This document shows positions 28,374-36,704 of a stretch of 64,000 nucleotides of DNA, in pieces (positions within the stretch are counted from its first letter, which is position 1; each line of letters starts with the position of its first letter). The notes beneath the pieces are model-generated. The model ran no database searches. It worked only from the letters and a program-made list of their open reading frames with translations, and had not been told where the DNA came from. The stretch is from an uncultured virus (IMG/VR IMGVR_UViG_3300009152_000005) (Duplodnaviria; Heunggongvirae; Uroviricota; Caudoviricetes). Both the position numbers and the translations under genes were made by a program. The stretch is from the IMG/VR virus record IMGVR_UViG_3300009152_000005; one strand, written 5' to 3'.

Positions 28374-29342
28374 TCAGAACATTCCCTTGCCGGTGCCGTA
28401 GCCGTTCGCTGCGCCGCCGGTTTTAGCTGCGCCGGAGGCGGCTCCTCCTGCGTTGTACGCACCGAGACCCGCGCCGAGTCCGCTGCCGACAGCTCCGATT
28501 GCAGACGAGTAGAAAGAAGCGTCGGCCAGCGACTTTTGAGCTTGTGCGTCCCCGAGCCCGGCCAGTTTCTGATTCTCGTTCTTGATGCGGTCAAGTTCAA
28601 GCCCGGCCGTCTGGATGCCGCTGAGTCCGTAGTTCGGCAGGGCCTCCTGCGCGGTCTGGAATCCGGCTTGAGCACGCGCCATCCGGGCCGCGGGGATGTT
28701 GTTGAGGGTCGGAATCAGATTCTGGAGAATGGCCGCACGCGAGGACGCAAGGGTCGAGGCTCCTCCTGCTTCCGCAAGCGCCGATTGTACCCGCTGCTGC
28801 TTGAGCGCCTGCCCGGCAGCTCCGAGGACTTGCCGGGTGCTGCGGCCGGCGGCTCCGTTGGGGTTCGAGCTGACGCCGGTGGCTCCTGCGCGTTCAAGCC
28901 CGGTCCGCACCAATTCCGCCTGAAAATCTGCCGGGAGGGTAGAGCCGGCATCGAGCTGCGCTTGCGCGTCGGCAAGCAGTTTCTGCTTCAGAGCCTTGGT
29001 GCCCGCGTCATCAATGTTCTCGTTGTAGAGCTGGCCGGAAATGGAGTCGACCAATCCGTCGGTTGCCTGCGGGCCGGATAAATCCGCGAGCCTCTGGGCC
29101 GAGTTCTCTCGCAACTTGGCGAGGGCCGGGTCGACTTGCCGCTGAAGGTCAAGAGTGCCCTTGTATTTCTCGGTGTCCGCGGTCCGGGCCATCTGCTGGA
29201 TTTCCGGGACGTTGATAGACGTCATCTTATTGATGGCGTCTGCCCGCGCGTTCGCAGCCGACTTCGCGCCTTGCGCGCCCATGTACGCGGACCCAATGGT
29301 GGCTGCGGTGCCTACTGCGACTGCGGTGATGGCGAGACTCAT
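28374..29342 (-). CDS. DNA pilot / ejection protein (P22 gp7-like position)
   Basis: Hydrophobic Gly/Ala termini (AITAVAVGTAATIGSAYMGAQ; AIGAVGSGLGAGLG) around a Gln/Ala helical core. Confidence 0.65.
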   Translation of the reverse strand: MSLAITAVAVGTAATIGSAYMGAQGAKSAANARADAINKMTSINVPEIQQMARTADTEKYKGTLDLQRQVDPALAKLRENSAQRLADLSGPQATDGLVDSISGQLYNENIDDAGTKALKQKLLADAQAQLDAGSTLPADFQAELVRTGLERAGATGVSSNPNGAAGRSTRQVLGAAGQALKQQRVQSALAEAGGASTLASSRAAILQNLIPTLNNIPAARMARAQAGFQTAQEALPNYGLSGIQTAGLELDRIKNENQKLAGLGDAQAQKSLADASFYSSAIGAVGSGLGAGLGAYNAGGAASGAAKTGGAANGYGTGKGMF

Positions 29343-29800
29343 TCGGTTTTTCCTTCTGTGAGCAGGCCCTTCAATTCGGCCGCTTGCAGCTCGGTGATTT
29401 TCAACAGCGGTTCAACCAACATGTCCTCTAGTTTAGCTGGGTCCTGCTCATCTGTCGGGTTCGCGTGGACCGTCCCCCAGACCATTTCCTCGTGGACAAT
29501 GGCCACTTTGTTCACTCCGACGCCCGACGGGATGACCGCCGGAGCCGTGAGGTGCCGGACGACCCCTTCGACCAAGACCGTGACCTTCCCACGCAGCAAA
29601 AAATTCAGGAAAGCCGTCTTGTGGCAACGCCCGATGACGAAGGTGCCACTAGGCACAGTGAACTCCCGGTAGTACACGCCGGGGGCAAAAAGGTGTCGTA
29701 CCGGACACGGGACCTGTTCCTCCTCCAGACAGCGATGCGCAAAAGTTTCGATTTCCTCGCGGGAAATCAAACGCTTTGCGAGTTCGTAGCTGTCGCTCAT
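29339..29800 (-). CDS. cupin-fold protein
   Basis: RHLFAPGVYYREFTVP.G..VIG..H...LLRGKV. Confidence 0.7.
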   Translation of the reverse strand: MSDSYELAKRLISREEIETFAHRCLEEEQVPCPVRHLFAPGVYYREFTVPSGTFVIGRCHKTAFLNFLLRGKVTVLVEGVVRHLTAPAVIPSGVGVNKVAIVHEEMVWGTVHANPTDEQDPAKLEDMLVEPLLKITELQAAELKGLLTEGKTE

Positions 29801-29801
29801 G

Positions 29802-29876
29802 TCAACTGGTAATGTCCGTACCCCTACCTCGCCGTTGGTCCGACGCGTCGTCGATGACTAGAAACGTGCGCCTCAT
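29802..29876 (-). CDS. possible 24-aa micro-ORF
   Basis: MRRTFLVIDDASDQRRGRGTDITS fills the gap between two genes. Confidence 0.3.
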   Translation of the reverse strand: MRRTFLVIDDASDQRRGRGTDITS

Positions 29877-29879
29877 GGG

Positions 29880-30833
29880 TCAGGCGATTTCGGCCCAAGC
29901 AGCCACTTTCCATTTGGCTGGTGTCAGGAAGGCTCCGGGATATGGGGAGAAGTAAAAGGTATGGTCCAAGTTTCCGGGACGGGCAACATATACCTTTTGT
30001 GAGTCCCAATACACACCATAGACTAGCGCGCCATCATCACTACCCGCATTCATCATACATGACCAGTCTAGGACTTGGTCTTTGATAAACGGGGGGTCAT
30101 CTATGGTGCAAATCATCCGGGCACCAGCACGAAATGGAATGCCACCTAGATTATGGGTAAACGATTGTTGTGTGCCTGCGTCCGGCACCGCTTTATAGTC
30201 AGATACACTTGTATTGTATCGCGGGTTCGCCGTCCAGCGGGACTTCAAACCCCCGTCATCAACCGTGGAAATTACTTGCCCGAGGGTTCCGGGAGCGATT
30301 GAGGCCACCGGGAGCTTCCCGGCCACCGGGAGCCCTGTCGAAGGGTCCGCAAACACCGTCTGGCCCGGCGTGACCGTCGTGAACGTGATTGTGCCAGCCG
30401 CGTTGATGCTGACGAAAGATTTCGGGGTCCCGAAAGCATCGACAAATTTCGCCGCGGTGATGATTTTGTCAGAGAGCTGGGCCGTCGCATTGATTCGATT
30501 CGCCAAGAGGTACTTGGTCGTCGGGTCGAAATTGGCGAGGATGATGTCGACCAGCGTGTCGAACGGGTAGCTAAGACTGTCGTCGATGTCGAGCGGGATG
30601 TACGTGCTCGTCGACTCGTCCCAGACATACGGCTTGGTCCCGAACTTGAGCCAGAGCCCTTGGTTGCTCGTGGGCGCGACATCGCTGACGACGACCCGCA
30701 GGAGCTTGAAGGGGCTGACAATCCGGAGGCGCTCCACCAAGACGTCGAACGCCTCCTGCAAGGTGCCGCTGAAAGCCGGCGGCATGGGCGACGACTCAAT
30801 CGTCAGGTCGGTTACACGATGGGTGGGGTCCAT
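29880..30833 (-). CDS. tail fibre/spike-like protein
   Basis: Beta-rich; C-terminal FTHNLGGIP...WKVAAW tip domain of lower GC. Confidence 0.6.
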   Translation of the reverse strand: MDPTHRVTDLTIESSPMPPAFSGTLQEAFDVLVERLRIVSPFKLLRVVVSDVAPTSNQGLWLKFGTKPYVWDESTSTYIPLDIDDSLSYPFDTLVDIILANFDPTTKYLLANRINATAQLSDKIITAAKFVDAFGTPKSFVSINAAGTITFTTVTPGQTVFADPSTGLPVAGKLPVASIAPGTLGQVISTVDDGGLKSRWTANPRYNTSVSDYKAVPDAGTQQSFTHNLGGIPFRAGARMICTIDDPPFIKDQVLDWSCMMNAGSDDGALVYGVYWDSQKVYVARPGNLDHTFYFSPYPGAFLTPAKWKVAAWAEIA

Positions 30834-30838
30834 AAAAA

Positions 30839-31192
30839 TCAGGTTCCGACGGTCAAGGTGGCTTCAGCACTTTGGATGCTGCCGACGATGTTCGTCACCA
30901 CTACGGTGAACGTCCCGGCATCGGCCGCGCTCACGTTTGCCAACACCAAGGGGATGTTGGTAGCCCCGATGATGGCGGTGTTGTTCTTGCGCCACTGGAA
31001 CGTGATGGGCAACGTACCGGACGCGGCCACGGAGAACGTCGCGGTGGCGCCGGGTGCCGCGGTCTGGCTCTGCGGTTGGGTGACGATGGTGAGTGTCGGC
31101 GGCGTTACCTCGCCCGCGGGACGCAGCACCGGCATCGTGTAAACGCCCGGGACCGCGACCAGCCCAGAACTCAGAAGGACGTCAGGTTTCAA
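30839..31192 (-). CDS. immunoglobulin-like (I-set) virion protein
   Basis: IVTQPQSQT..PGATATFSV.ASG..P.TFQWRKN...DAGTFTVVVTN. Confidence 0.85.
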   Translation of the reverse strand: MKPDVLLSSGLVAVPGVYTMPVLRPAGEVTPPTLTIVTQPQSQTAAPGATATFSVAASGTLPITFQWRKNNTAIIGATNIPLVLANVSAADAGTFTVVVTNIVGSIQSAEATLTVGT

Positions 31193-33147
31193 CTGATGCC
31201 TCCATAGACCTTGGGGGCCAATTCCGCAAGCTCGTGGTCCACTTGGGCTGCCGCGGCCTGCTTCGCCTGCTTGAGCGCCGCCTCAGGGCTCACGGCACTC
31301 ACCGCATGTCCTGCTGCGGTCCGAGTCATACCCCGAGCCGTTCCGGTGTAGGCTGCGTCTGCCGAGTACGTGCCCGAGGACGACTCAGACAGGACTTCCG
31401 GGTTGCGTGAGGTCGAACCGTTCCTCCGGGCGTAGCTCGTGACCTCTGGTGCGCTGAAGGCATCGCCGGTGTTCGACTCCGGCTCTTGTGCCTCGGTGAA
31501 GAACCGGGCCTGACGGACGCCGGCTTGCCCGCTCCATCGGATGAGGTGCTGAAACGAAAAATCGAGCTGCTCCGAGCGCGGTTCCTCAATGCCGTCCGAA
31601 GACAACGGGTCGGTCTCCGCGGCGTTCTCCAGCTCTTGGGTCCTCAGCACTCGGGACTGGACGCCGCCTTCAGCCAGCAACGTGGTCGGGGTAACCGTCA
31701 TGCCCATGCTGACCACCGGGCAGCCCCCGGTCGAGAACGTCCGAAGCTGGCTGCGTTTGTACCTCCCGCGGTTGGTGCCGCGCCAGTACATGGCCACGTT
31801 CACGTCGTGTGCGACGTCCACAAACGACGCCTCCAGAAACCGGTTGCGCTTGAGCTGGCTCGTACCACCGGAGTATCCGCGCAGCTCCAACGCAGCCTCG
31901 ATGTCCTGCCCGTTGTCCGTCCGACCTTGGAAGCCTTCCCAGACTGAATTGTTCCCTTCCGCGTCGGACATGAGCCCGTAGATGCGGTCTGCGCCCTCCA
32001 CGTTGACCGCCGCCCAGTCCGACACGTTGAAACCTGTCCAAATGCTGGACCAGACCGGGTTCGTGGTCTGCACCAACGTGCTGAGGACAGAATTGTCGAG
32101 CACCCAAGTGTGGACGTTGTCGTTGCCACCGAAGGGCACGCTGACCAACAGAAAATTTTCAAAACTCCCGATGACGACCTTGTTCAGCGCCGAGTCGACC
32201 CGGGCCTTGTCGTCCGCCATTTCGTTATCCGCCGAGCGCATCGAGGACGAGACGAAGGTCTGTGCGGCGTAGTTCAAGTTCGTCAGTCCGCGCCCGGACA
32301 TCCACCACAAGATGCCGAATTGTTCCCGCACGGACCGAGAGCTGACGCATCCGACATCTGGGAAAATCTTCGATTGAAAATTTGCGGTATTGGCCCACAA
32401 GTCGCGGTTGCGGTTGCTGGTCGCAAACGCGGACGCGGACCGGGCCGTGAACGCAATCATCTGCGAGCTGCCGGTGAGCGCCGACGTCTCCGTCATCGCC
32501 GTGACGTTATCTTCCAGATAGAACGCGTCACTTCCGCCGAGGTAGTACTGCTCGGTAAAGTTGAACGGGTCCAGAATGTTGCTGGCCAGAATCCGGTTCC
32601 GGTTCGCCACCCAGAGCCGGCTACCGGTCCATATCATCGGGCCGCCTTGCGGAGTTTTGTCCAACCCGGTGATGTGCCCGTTCTTGGAGCCGTCGTAGTA
32701 CGCCGGCGGGGCGTCCCCGTCCTGCATGAACAACACCCGGCGCGGGTTCACGAACGAGTTCGAGTTGTCGGAATTAAGGGTCACCGCCTGCTCGGTGAGT
32801 GCGAAGAAGACGGTCTCCTTGTACGGGTCGAACTTGATGTTCGGGAGCTGGACAAAACTGTTGTAGGGGTATGACGAAACGTGGACGTACCCGGCGATGA
32901 CCGCGACGAGCTGCGGCATCCCGATGAGCGGCAAGAACACCGTGAAGCCCTGCCGGCGCCCCGCAGGCAAATCAGCGCGCCAACGGAACCCGGGGCGCGT
33001 AGAAACGACCCCGCGCCGGTTGATGGTGTTCCACGCGCGGCAGTACGTGCCCGGCTGAAGCATGGTCGGGTCGACCGAGGAGTTCATACCCCCCGGGAAC
33101 GCCACGTCGCCGTCGAGCGGCGGGAAAACGATGTCGGAGCGACTCAT
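31189..33147 (-). CDS. tail nozzle / tubular protein B-like
   Basis: 652 aa, F.GGMNS..DP...N...RG...RPG start and beta-propeller character, downstream of adaptor. Confidence 0.7.
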   Translation of the reverse strand: MSRSDIVFPPLDGDVAFPGGMNSSVDPTMLQPGTYCRAWNTINRRGVVSTRPGFRWRADLPAGRRQGFTVFLPLIGMPQLVAVIAGYVHVSSYPYNSFVQLPNIKFDPYKETVFFALTEQAVTLNSDNSNSFVNPRRVLFMQDGDAPPAYYDGSKNGHITGLDKTPQGGPMIWTGSRLWVANRNRILASNILDPFNFTEQYYLGGSDAFYLEDNVTAMTETSALTGSSQMIAFTARSASAFATSNRNRDLWANTANFQSKIFPDVGCVSSRSVREQFGILWWMSGRGLTNLNYAAQTFVSSSMRSADNEMADDKARVDSALNKVVIGSFENFLLVSVPFGGNDNVHTWVLDNSVLSTLVQTTNPVWSSIWTGFNVSDWAAVNVEGADRIYGLMSDAEGNNSVWEGFQGRTDNGQDIEAALELRGYSGGTSQLKRNRFLEASFVDVAHDVNVAMYWRGTNRGRYKRSQLRTFSTGGCPVVSMGMTVTPTTLLAEGGVQSRVLRTQELENAAETDPLSSDGIEEPRSEQLDFSFQHLIRWSGQAGVRQARFFTEAQEPESNTGDAFSAPEVTSYARRNGSTSRNPEVLSESSSGTYSADAAYTGTARGMTRTAAGHAVSAVSPEAALKQAKQAAAAQVDHELAELAPKVYGGIS

Positions 33148-34100
33148 TCAAGGAAGTCTTGACCCAACATGGTGGCTGCGTCGAACTGCATCGGAGACCC
33201 AATCGGCGGGGCCGTCGAGACCAAGTCGTTCGACAACATCCGGATGGCGTTTGCCTCCATCGCGTTGCCGCTGCCCGGGTCCCGGTCGATGTAGTGCTTG
33301 ACCGCCTGCATCCCGACCATGAGCGCCAACCGGCTGCCGAGGAAAATCATGTCGTCCTGTGTGGACAGGATAGGGGACTTCCGCCGGAACAGGATTCGGA
33401 CCCAGTCCGCGGAGCAGGACAGCTCAATCCGCCGGAAGCGCGGTTCGACATCGTTCCACTGGTAGACCCCGAGGAGATTGCCTTGGTTGTACGGGTCGCC
33501 GGAAAAATCCCGTGTCGCCAGTCGTGACCGGCCGACCATTGGAGCCTTGCGGACGCGGGTGATTCGACGCACCAACGGGGCGGTCGGGTCCGGCATCGGG
33601 TAGCCATAGATGGTCGGTACCAGAATCCCATCGACCCAGCTCCCGTCGGGTTTCTTGGTCCGCAGCTCGACGCCCTTGTCGTCCTGCCCGTAGACCCACA
33701 GCTCCTTGCCGGCGTCTTCCTCTTTGTCGAGGTACGCGACCAACTGGGACGGCTTGGTGATGTCCTTGAACGTCGGGTTGAGACCGCCGTCCATCCAAGA
33801 CCATTTGCAGCTCTTCCACCGGTCGCCGGGGCCGTTGACGTGGAACTCAAAGAGCGCGTCACGTCCGACGACTGGTACACCGTTGATGTTGACCTGAAGC
33901 GGAGTCTCCACCTCGGTCGGCAACGACACGCAACGGCCCGTTGCGCAAACGTCGACGTACCCGTTCATCGGTGTCCATGTACCGGCATCCGCCAAGAGCT
34001 TGACGGTGTCGTTCAGGTACCGAAAAACGGTTGACGCGTCACTCGTCCCAAAGATTCGGAGCGCATCCGGCCACAGGTCTTTGACGAGTACGACGGGCAT
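33144..34100 (-). CDS. head-tail adaptor / tubular protein A-like
   Basis: Helical termini (YLNDTVKLL; LALMVGMQA) and position upstream of nozzle. Confidence 0.6.
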   Translation of the reverse strand: MPVVLVKDLWPDALRIFGTSDASTVFRYLNDTVKLLADAGTWTPMNGYVDVCATGRCVSLPTEVETPLQVNINGVPVVGRDALFEFHVNGPGDRWKSCKWSWMDGGLNPTFKDITKPSQLVAYLDKEEDAGKELWVYGQDDKGVELRTKKPDGSWVDGILVPTIYGYPMPDPTAPLVRRITRVRKAPMVGRSRLATRDFSGDPYNQGNLLGVYQWNDVEPRFRRIELSCSADWVRILFRRKSPILSTQDDMIFLGSRLALMVGMQAVKHYIDRDPGSGNAMEANAIRMLSNDLVSTAPPIGSPMQFDAATMLGQDFLE

Positions 34101-34432
34101 CAGAGCTTGTCTTTCGGAACCGACTTCTCAAAGGCTTGGTCCGCCGTCTCAAGCGCCGGTTCATCCTCCGGAACGCCGCCGTCGAGCAGTGTGATGTTCT
34201 TCAGGATGAGCCCGCGCATTTCGCCATCGACGGAGGCCGGGTCAATTTCGTACTCAACGGTGAGCGTACCCTTCGGAGGGAGGTCGGCCGGCAGGGCTTC
34301 CGCGGGGATAGAGACGTTCGTGCCTCCCATGGTTTCGACTTCGACCATGTCACCTTCCTCTGGCGCACCGGCTTTGGTGACCAACGGAGCGGGAGGAGGC
34401 ATCGGGGGAGCTGCGGGAGGTTTCGGGGGCAT
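34100..34432 (-). CDS. hypothetical acidic Pro-rich protein
   Basis: 110-aa ORF coupled to neighbours. Confidence 0.55.
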   Translation of the reverse strand: MPPKPPAAPPMPPPAPLVTKAGAPEEGDMVEVETMGGTNVSIPAEALPADLPPKGTLTVEYEIDPASVDGEMRGLILKNITLLDGGVPEDEPALETADQAFEKSVPKDKL

Positions 34433-34435
34433 AGT

Positions 34436-35251
34436 TCAGGGGATGGGGGCGGTGGGGACGGCCTTGGCACCGGCAAGAACCGGGCTGGCGGGGACACTGA
34501 CGGCTTGCTTGAACACCGCGACCACGGAATTCGTGGAGACACTGGTGATTTGGTAGTACCCCGAGGTCTCAATGAAGACCCAGAGCCCGGTCGCAAACGA
34601 CGCAACCGAACGGAGCGGGATATTGATGCTGCCAGCAATCGCAGGCGGCGTGAAATTGGACGACGTGGTCGTGTACCCGTTCAGGCCCGAAGGCCCGCGG
34701 GGGCCGGAGGGAGTGACGAGTGCCCCGACCAGCACGGAAACGGCCGGCGAATCCACGGTCTGAAGCAGCGTCGCCGAAACGGACTGCGTGGCCGTGGCGA
34801 ACACTTGAAGCCAGCCAAGAGTGGCGACGAAATAGATGGACCCGACCGCGATTCCAGACGCGTCCTGCACCGCGAAGGTGACGTCCGGATTACTCAACGT
34901 AGGGGACGCAAAAAGCGTCTTTACCGTAGTAAACGCGTTGATTCCGGCCGCCCCGTTGGTGCCCGCGGCGCCTGCCGGTCCCTGCATACCAACGACGCCG
35001 GCCAAGAACAGTCGCTTGAAGTAGCAAGCCAGCCCCTCGTCCGGGAGTCGGGGGTTCTCCGGGACGCCCGTGTCGAGGTCGCACGGGAGCACCCAGACAA
35101 TCTCGCCGTTGACGACCTCCTTGGTGACGGTCCCGAAAAACTGGAGAACGAAGTTGTCGATGACCGACGTCAACGGTTCCTTGGACGCGTCAACCACGAC
35201 CGGTTGATTGCCGCAAGGGCCACACCCACAATCGCTATTGGTCGAACTCAT
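34436..35251 (-). CDS. virion protein with short collagen-like repeats
   Basis: GMQGPAGAAGTNGAAG and GPRGPSGLNG; two similar beta domains; Cys-rich N-terminus. Confidence 0.65.
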   Translation of the reverse strand: MSSTNSDCGCGPCGNQPVVVDASKEPLTSVIDNFVLQFFGTVTKEVVNGEIVWVLPCDLDTGVPENPRLPDEGLACYFKRLFLAGVVGMQGPAGAAGTNGAAGINAFTTVKTLFASPTLSNPDVTFAVQDASGIAVGSIYFVATLGWLQVFATATQSVSATLLQTVDSPAVSVLVGALVTPSGPRGPSGLNGYTTTSSNFTPPAIAGSINIPLRSVASFATGLWVFIETSGYYQITSVSTNSVVAVFKQAVSVPASPVLAGAKAVPTAPIP

Positions 35252-35442
35252 CTGTTGGTAATGTCCTCCTTGCGCCTCGCCCGCATGATTGCAATTTGGT
35301 TCAGGATACCCAGAATGCCGACCAGCAACCCGATAAGGGTTCCGAGGAACCGGAAAACTGGTTCCCCTACTTGGAACCACGACAGCGTCGCGGCTGTGAC
35401 GGGGGCCGCTACGGAAGCCGCCAGTATCGGGATGCTTTTCAT
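35248..35442 (-). CDS. putative holin
   Basis: 64 aa, two hydrophobic segments, basic C-terminus RARRKE; an in-frame ATG six codons upstream is possible. Confidence 0.45.
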   Translation of the reverse strand: MKSIPILAASVAAPVTAATLSWFQVGEPVFRFLGTLIGLLVGILGILNQIAIMRARRKEDITNR

Positions 35443-35516
35443 GGAATTCAGAGGGTGCATCACGCCAGCAAGGCTACGTTGTGCTGGATGAATCCGCAAA
35501 CGTGGGTTTCCATATA

Positions 35517-36323
35517 TCAAGGCTCTATAATAACGTAAGCTACAATTCTGGTGTCATTTGAGTTGCTTGAATTGATTATAAATGATGTACCGGGCACCCT
35601 TGTTCCCACTGTAAGAGACCCGTGCGAGGATGGTCCGCCGGAGTCAGTTTGCCCGGTCAGCAAGATGTTTGAGGCAGCCGTGACATAGGTATCAACCACG
35701 GTCACGGTGCCTGCGACGAGAGTAGCGCGGCCATGGCGAATCCGAGTAAATAGAGAACCATTTGCGCCAAGCATCCACTGACCCGAAGCGTTTATACTAC
35801 CATAGGTCGTGGACGTGACTGCATTGGCGGAGGTGGCCGTTGCAAACCGGAGGGTGGTTGCAGCTTTGTAACCACCAGACGCCGCACCAACAACAAGGGT
35901 ATTCGCGGTAGACGTTGGAGACATCCGGAAGAAGCCAACACCGACACCATTCGCGTAGTCCGCCGCGACTATGTTCAGGTCCTTGTTCGTGTTGGCAGTT
36001 CGGGCGCGGGAAGTTGATGCGCCGTCGTCCGCGCCGAAGCTGATGAGATTGACCCAGAAATCCATTGGCGCGACGGTTGCGGCACCTCCGAATCCGATTT
36101 TGGAAGTCGCTGGGGCGATATATAGCGGTCCAGTGGTATCGACTTCGGATGCGACGACCAGTGCCCCAACGAGTTTATCCCTCAGGGTCTGGTCAGAGTC
36201 ACCCGGGGTCGGTGTCAACGCCGTGATTTCCGCGCTCGGAGTCAATGGAGCCAACACTCGCCGAATGCGGTCTTCCCATCGTTGCCGAAAACTATGCCAG
36301 ATTGGAACTCGTTCGGTAGCCAT
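35517..36323 (-). CDS. short fibre/decoration protein
   Basis: N-terminus paralogous to 41845-42888; C-terminus paralogous to 36705-40097. Confidence 0.7.
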   Translation of the reverse strand: MATERVPIWHSFRQRWEDRIRRVLAPLTPSAEITALTPTPGDSDQTLRDKLVGALVVASEVDTTGPLYIAPATSKIGFGGAATVAPMDFWVNLISFGADDGASTSRARTANTNKDLNIVAADYANGVGVGFFRMSPTSTANTLVVGAASGGYKAATTLRFATATSANAVTSTTYGSINASGQWMLGANGSLFTRIRHGRATLVAGTVTVVDTYVTAASNILLTGQTDSGGPSSHGSLTVGTRVPGTSFIINSSNSNDTRIVAYVIIEP

Positions 36324-36400
36324 AAAAAAGCGGTCACGAGTAATGTCGTGACCGCTTTGGAGTTTTTGGGGGGTGGGGGGCTCGCTTAGATGGAGCCGCC
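36320..36400 (-). repeat. direct repeat copy B (GGSI-stop, terminator, start codon)
   Basis: 39 bp at 36320-36358 and 19 bp at 36382-36400 identical to 42885-42923 and 42942-42960. Confidence 0.92.
36324..36358 (-). terminator. intrinsic terminator
   Basis: aaagcggtcacga-cattac-tcgtgaccgcttt perfect 13-bp stem with T tract. Confidence 0.8.
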
Positions 36401-36613
36401 AGTTTGGCCGGCTGCGATTCGGCCCTCCAACGCCTCGACGTGGCGCAGGACGTTTTGGAGGTGCTGGATAGCGGTCTGATGCTCGTTTCGGGTCAGCGGG
36501 GCCTTCTGGAGGAAGCCATCCAACTGGCTGACCGCCTCGAAAACCGCGGGGGTGACCTGAGGAAGCCTCGGAGTCTGCTGTTGTGGTTGGGGGGTTGCAT
36601 TGTTTTCGCTCAT
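36386..36613 (-). CDS. small helical protein (possible fibre chaperone) ending TGGSI
   Basis: 75 aa; upstream TTGCCA-N16-TACCAT promoter-like site. Confidence 0.6.
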   Translation of the reverse strand: MSENNATPQPQQQTPRLPQVTPAVFEAVSQLDGFLQKAPLTRNEHQTAIQHLQNVLRHVEALEGRIAAGQTGGSI

Positions 36614-36704
36614 CGGGTTTTTATGGTAGCTGCAAACATGTGGTTGGCAAGGCTAAAGTAAGGCGGCCAAAAGCTCACGCCTCATGCGCTCTTTGGTGAA
36701 ATGG

